The notes beneath the pieces are model-generated. The model made no database searches. It saw only the letters and a list, made by a program, of their open reading frames with translations, and was not told the DNA's origin. A stretch of DNA of 63,229 nucleotides from a virus (taxonomy: Duplodnaviria; Heunggongvirae; Uroviricota; Caudoviricetes): IMG/VR virus record IMGVR_UViG_3300012007_000011, positions 64,155-127,383 of that record. The stretch is one strand, 5' to 3'. A program made the translations under genes and the position numbers. Position 1 is the first letter of the stretch. Each line of letters opens with the position of its first letter. Below are positions 28,934-35,297 of this stretch, piece after piece.

Positions 28934-29278
28934 TTATCTGTTCATTAGTCTTCTGTATGCCTCGTCATAACCCTCCATGAATCCTTTTTTCCATTCATCA
29001 AGATTCTCGTTCACGGGTTGTTTCTTTTCAACAAGATTGCCATTGATAAGCACTGACCTGTCTAATTTTTCATTGACTTTCTTCATAGCATCAATTCGTT
29101 CTTGACCGCCAATTCTTCTAATGAAGGCATCCATATCCAAAGCTTCATACTCACCTACTTTATCATTGACTTCCTTATGAAATTTCTTCTCATCTTCCTT
29201 GAACCTTTGCAGAACCTCTTCATCAGTTAGAGATTCATCATTAAGTTGCTTCTTGTAATCTTCCAATAAACTACCCAT
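28934..29278 (-). CDS. Hypothetical protein
   Basis: 114-aa ORF with typical composition. Confidence 0.65.
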   Translation of the reverse strand: MGSLLEDYKKQLNDESLTDEEVLQRFKEDEKKFHKEVNDKVGEYEALDMDAFIRRIGGQERIDAMKKVNEKLDRSVLINGNLVEKKQPVNENLDEWKKGFMEGYDEAYRRLMNR

Positions 29279-29307
29279 AATATCAAAACGTTTTATATTT
29301 TATTTTG

Positions 29308-29389
29308 TGCTCACGAAGGGATTCGAACCCATACGCCTTACGACACTTGGTCCTTAGCCAAGCCTGTCTACCATTTCCAGCACGTGAGC
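29308..29389 (-). tRNA. tRNA-Leu(AAG)
   Basis: CUUGG-CUAAGGA-CCAAG, class II variable arm, A73. Confidence 0.85.
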
Positions 29390-29395
29390 AAATTG

Positions 29396-29470
29396 TACTC
29401 CCAATGAGATTCGAACTCATATCTTTGCCTTGAGAGGGCAACCACCTAAACCGATTAGTATGATGAGAGC
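29396..29470 (-). tRNA. tRNA-Glu(CTC)
   Basis: UUGCC-CUCUCAA-GGCAA. Confidence 0.85.
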
Positions 29471-29579
29471 ATATAAAAGGTTGGAACTCTTGCAAGATAA
29501 TCACTGTACCCCTCTTTTCGGTCCTCCAACTTAATGGCAACCCCTACTTATACTCATACATGATTAAATTCCAACTTTG

Positions 29580-29657
29580 TACTCCAAGTAGGACTCGAAC
29601 CTACACCCGAAGACTTGATTTTGAATCAAGCGTGTCTACCAATTCCACCATTGGAGC
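29580..29657 (-). tRNA. tRNA-Leu(CAA)
   Basis: CUUGA-UUCAAAA-UCAAG. Confidence 0.9.
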
Positions 29658-29836
29658 ATTACACATTCTCTACATAGGATTTCCTTTTTTAAAGAGCAAC
29701 TGCAATAATCTCTTCCTATGGTCATTGAAAATGCTTTTAATATGGTTTTAGTTTGAACATCAATTGTAGTACTACTTGATATTTTCAATATACTATACAC
29801 TCCGAAAACTCATATCTTAAATGTGTGCAGTATTCG

Positions 29837-29907
29837 TTGGGTTATCCGGATTCGAACCGAAACTAACAGAACCAAAATCTGTGGTGCTACCATTACACCA
29901 TAACCCA
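29837..29907 (-). tRNA. tRNA-Gln(TTG)
   Basis: ACAGA-UUUUGGU-UCUGU. Confidence 0.9.
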
Positions 29908-29949
29908 TTGTAAATCAATAATTTACAAAAGTTTGTTAAAGTAAATCTG

Positions 29950-30036
29950 CGGAGAGCAGTGGAGTCGAACCACACCCATGTTACTGAGCGAAGCAGGTTA
30001 GCAATCTGTCCCTATCACCGTCAAGGTTTACTCTCC
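29950..30036 (-). tRNA. tRNA-Ser(GCT), weak anticodon stem
   Basis: UU-GCU-AA loop, long variable arm, G73; two mismatches in the anticodon stem. Confidence 0.75.
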
Positions 30037-30040
30037 AAAG

Positions 30041-30113
30041 TACCCCGAAAAGGAATCGAACCCTTACCGTGACATCCGTAGTGTCGTATTCTAATCCGTT
30101 AAACTACCGGGGC
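30041..30113 (-). tRNA. tRNA-Arg(ACG)
   Basis: GACA-CUACGGA-UGUC. Confidence 0.9.
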
Positions 30114-30128
30114 ATCTATCCTTTCTTG

Positions 30129-30219
30129 CGGAAGTAGAGGGACTCGAACCCCCACACCGTTATTCACGATTACTAGCGGTTTTCAAGACCGCTGCCTTAC
30201 CAATTAGGCTTATACTTCC
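30129..30219 (-). tRNA. tRNA-Ser(TGA)
   Basis: GCGGU-CUUGAAA-ACCGC, long variable arm. Confidence 0.9.
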
Positions 30220-30790
30220 TTGTACGGGAATTTGTTTAATTGTTTCTCCAAAGTTTATCCCGAAACTACTCTCTGGATATTTGGGTGCGACCCAACCTCC
30301 GTTTTTGTATACTGAATGAGCCTAAAATGAAATTCTTGCAAGAATATTGATGATTCGAACACCTACCTAGTACAATTGCTAGATACCCCATTGCCATCGA
30401 GGAATATAATTTCAAATTAGACATTTATAACTTATCCTCTCCCCTTATTACCATCACTTCTGTAGAGAGTTTACCCGCCCGATATAAGTCATTTTGCTCA
30501 GTATATAATATGTGTCGTTATTTCTCTAACATATAAAAATGAAAGGTCAACCGTATTCCCTTTCGTGTACCGATAAGTTTTTCATTGTGTTCAAGGCACA
30601 CAACTGCGCAAGCAACGAGGGCGGTATTTCAACTTAAACCTCAGTCAGACGGAAATAAATAGCATATAGATAGGACGTTTTTTAGGACTTTCACCTATAG
30701 TTTTATACTTTTCAGATTTCGCTGAAACATCACCATTGATTCAAGGTGTGAACCCTGTGCAGAATTGTTAAACAGTAATTATTGTTTTAC
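30220..30790 (-). ncRNA. Probable ROOL large ncRNA (boundaries approximate)
   Basis: About 570-nt ORF-free structured tract between tRNAs, with GAUGUUUCAGCGAAAUCUGAAAAGU near the 5' end and GGAGGUUGGGUCGCACCC..AUCCAGAGAGUAGUUUC near the 3' end, matching ROOL sequences as I recall them. Confidence 0.6.
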
Positions 30791-30859
30791 GGCTACTGCA
30801 TTTTGCCAACCTATCATTCTCGGGTTAAACGTTTTTGCATATACTATTGTTTTAAAAAG

Positions 30860-30933
30860 GGTGACGTGTTGGATTCGAACCAACGTAAACAAGTGCCACA
30901 AACTTGCGCTTAAGCCACTCAGCCAACGTCACC
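30860..30933 (-). tRNA. tRNA-His(GTG)
   Basis: CAAGU-UUGUGGC-ACUUG, G-1:C73. Confidence 0.9.
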
Positions 30934-30948
30934 ATATTATTAGATATG

Positions 30949-31019
30949 TGTACCCACTGGGAATCGAACCCAGGTCACGTGATTAAAAGTCACGGGCTTT
31001 ACCCCTAAGCTATGAGTAC
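30949..31019 (-). tRNA. tRNA-Lys(TTT)
   Basis: CGUGA-CUUUUAA-UCACG. Confidence 0.9.
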
Positions 31020-31025
31020 AAAAAG

Positions 31026-31099
31026 CGGAACGTGGGAGATTCGAACTCCGAACTTCACTGTGACAGAGTGATATGTTAGCCAATTACACTACACGCTCC
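31026..31099 (-). tRNA. tRNA-Asp(GTC)
   Basis: UCACU-CUGUCAC-AGUGA. Confidence 0.9.
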
Positions 31100-31110
31100 A
31101 TTATTTTTTG

Positions 31111-31184
31111 TGGTCACGGACAGACTTGAACTGCCGACCCCCATCTTATCAGGATGGTAATCTAACCAACTGATATACGTGACC
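31111..31184 (-). tRNA. tRNA-Ile(GAT)
   Basis: CCAUC-CUGAUAA-GAUGG. Confidence 0.9.
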
Positions 31185-31284
31185 ATTATATAAATGAGGG
31201 TTTCTTGCTATTTACTACCCACAAATGTCAACGACACCCAATTATTCCTTAAATGTTCTCCCGGCTTTCGTTCTTGGAGCCCAG

Positions 31285-31370
31285 TAGCCGAAGCGGGACT
31301 CGAACCCGCACAGGCATTACTGCCCCTCAGATTTTAAGTCTAATGTGTCTACCGGTTCCACCATTCGGCC
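31285..31370 (-). tRNA. tRNA-Leu(TAA)
   Basis: UUAGA-CUUAAAA-UCUGA, class II. Confidence 0.9.
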
Positions 31371-31372
31371 AA

Positions 31373-31690
31373 CTATTTATCAAAATACATATATTCAAAA
31401 TTTTCGTTAATTGGTGCATTTTTACTGATTAAATCTGTTCTTTTAATCTTCCTACCTAATGCCTTTTCCATACATTCATAGCATAAATATAAATGTTCTT
31501 CATCTTTATGTTTAGCCCTCAAACCACTTCTATAATAATGTTCGATAAACTTATTATGTGCTTCCCTTTCATAATTTTCCAAACCATAAAAATGAACAAC
31601 TTCTTCCCACTTTTTGTCTTTTAACATTGGAGATTGACAATCTCCATAAATGAATTTTCTTCCACAAACCTTACATTGACATCTACCCAT
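31373..31690 (-). CDS. Hypothetical Cys-containing protein inside the tRNA array
   Basis: CQCKVC..CYEC; start moved to MGRCQC because the longer start overlaps tRNA-Thr. Confidence 0.65.
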   Translation of the reverse strand: MGRCQCKVCGRKFIYGDCQSPMLKDKKWEEVVHFYGLENYEREAHNKFIEHYYRSGLRAKHKDEEHLYLCYECMEKALGRKIKRTDLISKNAPINENFEYMYFDK

Positions 31691-31716
31691 AATATTAAAC
31701 CTTTTAATTATTTTTG

Positions 31717-31788
31717 AGCCGGTGATGGGGGTCGAACCCACAGCCTACTGATTACAAATCAGTTGCACAACCATCGTGCTCCACCGGC
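31717..31788 (-). tRNA. tRNA-Thr(TGT)
   Basis: ACUGA-UUUGUAA-UCAGU. Confidence 0.9.
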
Positions 31789-31800
31789 AAATTTATCTTG

Positions 31801-31873
31801 TGGGAAGGGGTGGAATCGAACCACCATAGCCAGATTTTCAGTCTGGTGCATTGACCAACTTTGCTACCTTCCC
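31801..31873 (-). tRNA. tRNA-Phe(GAA)
   Basis: CCAGA-CUGAAAA-UCUGG. Confidence 0.9.
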
Positions 31874-31875
31874 AA

Positions 31876-32058
31876 TTGTACGTTTTGATAAGGAGAACGT
31901 ACAAACTCATCTCGGATTGTATATAATGTCCTTATTGAAATTCTTGCAAGATTACCCTTGGCAGTGTTCCAATACACGTTATTATTCCGGACTGACTCTG
32001 ACCTTAACCGAACCAAAGATAAATTTCAACTTGAACACCCTTCCAAATCCCTTTATCT
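31876..32058 (-). ncRNA. Candidate structured RNA sharing motifs with the ROOL tract and 34035-34140
   Basis: UGUUCAAGUUG ... CUUGCAAGAAUUUCA; terminal UUGUACGUU/AACGUACAA hairpin. Confidence 0.45.
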
Positions 32059-32074
32059 ATTTTTTTTTTCTATG

Positions 32075-32145
32075 AGTTCCCTATTGGAGTTGAACCAATC
32101 TGAACGGTTTTGCAGACCGCTACCTAACCGCTCGGTCAAGGAAAC
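32075..32145 (-). tRNA. tRNA-Cys(GCA)
   Basis: GCGGU-CUGCAAA-ACCGU, U73. Confidence 0.9.
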
Positions 32146-32252
32146 AAAAAATGTCTGCTACAAACGATAGACGCACGTCTCACAGACTATGATGGTTAGC
32201 CGAAGCCTTATTAAGTGTTGCGCACCACACCACCAAGACTTTAATTATTGTG

Positions 32253-32327
32253 TACTCCCTGGGAGACTCGAACTCCATCATTTCTGCCGTGAAAGGGCAA
32301 CGTCCTAACCTATTAGACGAAGGGAGC
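32253..32327 (-). tRNA. tRNA-Glu(TTC)
   Basis: UUGCC-CUUUCAC-GGCAG. Confidence 0.9.
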
Positions 32328-32339
32328 ATCTATAAAGAT

Positions 32340-32760
32340 AAAAACAATGTCTCGGCTAAAATAAATTCTTATGACGAATTAATTACTGCATTGTAGTTTG
32401 TGGCTAAGAATTGCGTTGTCACAACTGCCCTTCCTGAATTTATGGTATTGGGCATATTCGGTTTTACAAACCGATAAAACTTAATTCCAATTTCCGCTTG
32501 TACTGTCGGAACTTACAGTAATTACATCACAACAGGTATCAATACTCAGAATGTGAAGGAAACTTAAATAACCATTTCAGATTACTTTAAATCAAGAATG
32601 TTTGCAACCATTCAAGTCACATTATGTGAGATAAACACCTTTACCCTGTTGCTCTTCGTTTGGGTATTTAGAATGCCCTTGGCCAATTCTACCGCATTCT
32701 ATCTTGAATCCTCTGTACCTGCGGATTCTTCCCAATTGAAACCACTGTCCTTAATCTTTA
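32340..32760 (-). ncRNA. Candidate large structured RNA (about 420 nt)
   Basis: Serial hairpins GAAUCC/GGAUUC, GAAUGC/GCAUUC, UCACAU/AUGUGA, GAAUG/CAUUC, UACUGU/ACAGUA, UCGGUUU/AAACCGA. Confidence 0.45.
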
Positions 32761-32765
32761 TAATG

Positions 32766-32849
32766 TGGGAGTGGAGGGATTCGAACCCCCTAAACCGAAA
32801 GGCAACGGATTTACAGTCCGTCCCAACTCACCATCGTTGGCGCACTCCC
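32766..32849 (-). tRNA. tRNA-Tyr(GTA)
   Basis: ACGGA-CUGUAAA-UCCGU, class II. Confidence 0.9.
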
Positions 32850-32961
32850 ATGAATATTTAAAGTAGTCTTGCAAGTACGCAGACAGTAACCTGTTCTCCA
32901 GGTATCTCACGCTAATTTTCAACTGTCATGCACTACTCTAAATACATTTCATAATTATTTG

Positions 32962-33036
32962 TGGGTCTTGTTAGGCTCGAACTAACGACTTCCACCTTGT
33001 AAGGGTGACACTCTAAACCAACTGAGTTAAAGACCC
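32962..33036 (-). tRNA. tRNA-Val(TAC)
   Basis: UCACC-CUUACAA-GGUGG. Confidence 0.9.
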
Positions 33037-33382
33037 GAAATGTTGAACCTTCGGTCTTCTTTTGGTAGTCCAACGTTGTTAGGTATTCCCTTAACCTAAA
33101 CCATTGTTCACGGGTTTCATTTAATACAAATGTATCAGTGATGTTTCCATATTTTCCCCAACAATCGTTATTTACTCTCAGTGCATGGAAATTTGCTACT
33201 TTCAATAACCAACTGAAAATGACAATGTAATACGATAATACAGATTACACGGCCTTACCACTCTCCACTTATTTCAACCTGCGGAGATACAGCCCCTAAA
33301 ACCACCAAAACAATGACTCGCAAGCAGGTCTCTACTATCATCAACCTTTCCATATTATTATATTACATTATATATAGAATTG

Positions 33383-33454
33383 AGCAGGTGAACAGAATCG
33401 AACTGTCATCCTCTGCTTGGAAGGCAGACGCACTAGCCATTGTGCTACACCTGC
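33383..33454 (-). tRNA. tRNA-Gly(TCC)
   Basis: UCUGC-CUUCCAA-GCAGA, U73. Confidence 0.9.
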
Positions 33455-33459
33455 AAAAA

Positions 33460-33544
33460 ATCAGAGAAAAACATTCAGACTATAATCTAATACTATAAAA
33501 ACCCATTCTTTATCATTCGAAGTAAGTCTGAAACCACTACTGAT
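33460..33544 (-). ncRNA. Y-RNA-like element Y4, exact 85-bp copy of Y3
   Basis: Identical to 25518-25602. Confidence 0.7.
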
Positions 33545-33558
33545 ATGCTGTAAAAAAT

Positions 33559-33710
33559 AACAGAGGACATCTAAAAAAACTGAAGACTTTTATAAATTCT
33601 TTTTGCCAAGAACTGCGTATACCATTTCGCCAAATTTCTGATTTTATGGTAGAAATTATCGGATTCGAACCGATATTATATTCGAAGTAAGTTTTTTTAC
33701 CACTACTGTT
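33559..33710 (-). ncRNA. Y-RNA-like element Y5 with circularly permuted tRNA domain (YrlA-type order T, acceptor, D)
   Basis: AACAG/CUGUU, UAGUGG, UAAAAAAAC/GUUUUUUUA, UUACUUCG, AUCGG-UUCGAAU-CCGAU, AUUUCU-ACCA..AGAAAU, GCG-AAAUGGUAUA-CGC. Confidence 0.75.
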
Positions 33711-33722
33711 ATATTCTTTTAG

Positions 33723-33794
33723 TGGGGGGAGTAGGATTTGCACCTACGACTTACTGCTTATGAGACAGTCACGCTACTACTGCGTCATCCCCCC
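33723..33794 (-). tRNA. tRNA-Met/Ile2(CAT), atypical
   Basis: CU-CAU-AA loop; T loop UGCAAAU; D loop lacks GG. Confidence 0.75.
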
Positions 33795-33806
33795 TTATTA
33801 TATAAA

Positions 33807-33942
33807 AAACCGAAGAATAATAAGAAGTCTAATTTTAAAGATAAATGTGGGACTCGAACCCACGATTTTAAGTACCCAAAAAACTTACGTATTAACCACT
33901 ATACAAATTCATCGAAGTAAGACTATCTTCCGCTATCGGTTT
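33807..33942 (-). ncRNA. Y-RNA-like element Y6, Y2 scaffold with a different tRNA-like cargo
   Basis: Ends identical to Y2; cargo GUAU-AGUGGUUA-AUAC, UAAGU-UUUUUGGGU-ACUUA, GUGGG-UUCGAGU-CCCAC. Confidence 0.7.
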
Positions 33943-33959
33943 TATTTTTTAGGCATAAA

Positions 33960-34140
33960 AAGGAAATCCATTACATTCCACTATCCTGTACAACTGTCAA
34001 TCAAGCGTTGCCTACAGTAACTTCTTCTGTTTATCTAAAAGTTGAAATTCTTGTACAAGTGGGGATGAAAAGGATGGGTAAATTTATCAAGTCCGTAAAT
34101 CCCAATTCCAACTTGAACAATGACAGATGTTTCCTTTATG
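33960..34140 (-). ncRNA. Candidate structured RNA related to 31876-32058
   Basis: AUAAAGG..UGUUCAAGUUG..CUUGUACAAGAAUUUCAA..UUGACAGUUG. Confidence 0.4.
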
Positions 34141-34159
34141 GATTTTTTTTTTATTAAAT

Positions 34160-34370
34160 GAGTAAGTAAATTTACGAGCCACGGACTGTTGAGGATTTAC
34201 AGAAAAAAAACACACCTCATCTGTTGCGTTGCCTCTTATGATACCTCACGGTAATCAACACGTTTCAACAAGCTGACGGTCACATTTAGTGCCGATGACT
34301 ACGTTTCACACAATTGACTAGTATAATGTAAAACTTACCTTGTTCACTACTAAGTGGTCTGTACTTACTC
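34160..34370 (-). ncRNA. Candidate 211-nt structured RNA
   Basis: 9-bp closing stem GAGUAAGUA/UACUUACUC and GNRA-capped hairpins (ACC-GUGA-GGU and others). Confidence 0.5.
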
Positions 34371-34464
34371 AAAAAGCCAAAAATAAGTTTCCGTTACGCA
34401 AATTTCTCCATCTTGCTTGATGGGCTGTTGTGTTCATCCTTATTCATTTTATGGCTTTTATAAG

Positions 34465-34536
34465 CGGGGAAGGGGAATTACGATATCCCGACCTACTGAT
34501 TAACAGTCAGTTGCTCTGCCTCTGAGCTACTTCCCC
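34465..34536 (-). tRNA. tRNA-Asn(GTT), atypical T arm
   Basis: ACUGA-CUGUUAA-UCAGU; T arm GGGAU-AUCGUAA-UUCCC; G73. Confidence 0.85.
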
Positions 34537-34558
34537 ATTGTTTAAAACAAACAATGGA

Positions 34559-34584
34559 ATTCTAATTTTACTGAACTAAATCCG
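34559..34584 (-). pseudogene. Degenerate copy of the tRNA-Pro 5' half
   Basis: CGGAUUUAGUUCAGUAAAAUUAGAAU versus tRNA-Pro CGGAGUUUAGUUCAGUAGGUUAGAAU. Confidence 0.55.
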
Positions 34585-34589
34585 TACAC

Positions 34590-35120
34590 CAATTTAAAAT
34601 TCTTGCATTATATCAACGTATAGTTTTATGCTACCCATCTAATGATGTCGTTGAAGTCTAAAAACTCTTGGTAACGGATTGTGGTTTTTCACCTAACCTC
34701 TCCAATATCTGTTTAAAATGTATTGTTGCTACATCTGTCATAGAGCAATTAACTTTTTTAAAAGTGCAGATTCTCACTGCTTTTCTCTTTCACAGTCTCC
34801 ATCACGTTGCTTTACGTATCACACTGACCTCAATCACGTGTTTGCCACTATAAGGTCTTTCAACTGTCAATTCAGTATGCCCATTGAGTTCTCAGGATTC
34901 TTCATCGCTTAATTCAAACTCACCCTCACAACAACACGAAATAAGACTTCCTAACAACGCTCCTATGGAATTACCCAATGGTCTGTCACCTTCAAGCTTT
35001 CTCTTGGTAAAATCCAAGGCTTGGGATAAGGTTCAAGGTTCTTGGTTTGAAGTCTTCCTACTATAAACCTTTTTTCGGATTTCTCTGAGACCATTGTTAT
35101 CACAACAAAATCTCAAAGAA
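34590..35120 (-). ncRNA. Candidate large structured RNA (about 530 nt)
   Basis: No credible ORF; UGAGA/UCUCA, AAGACUUC/GAAGUCUU and CACGU/ACGUG helices; carries the UUGACAGUUG and UGCAAGAAUUU motifs. Confidence 0.45.
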
Positions 35121-35220
35121 TTATGCCTTAATTTATATAATTTTGTTCCAATATGTCAAAGAACGTTTCGAAAGAACTTACATTCAATAATGTTGCCATT
35201 AAATCATTGTCTTTCTGAAT

Positions 35221-35260
35221 TTCGTTTGCAAAGGTAATACATATTTTTGGATTTACCAAA
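35221..35260 (-). promoter_or_regulatory. Bacteroidota-type promoter for the RNA island
   Basis: TTTGG-N19-TACCTTTGCAAACGAA. Confidence 0.75.
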
Positions 35261-35297
35261 TATTTTATGTTAAAAAACCTTAATACAATCAATTTTG

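Noticed and set aside
25218-33942. CRISPR array or mini-array interpretation of the repeated Y-like elements
   Set aside because: The repeats are paired ends of folded elements with irregular spacing, not direct repeats separated by uniform spacers. No cas genes are present.
33040-35120. tmRNA, RNase P RNA or raiA among the unassigned RNAs
   Set aside because: There is no tmRNA tRNA-like 3' end and no GAGGAAAGUCC P4 motif. The raiA similarity is limited to one 10-nt word in the wrong position.
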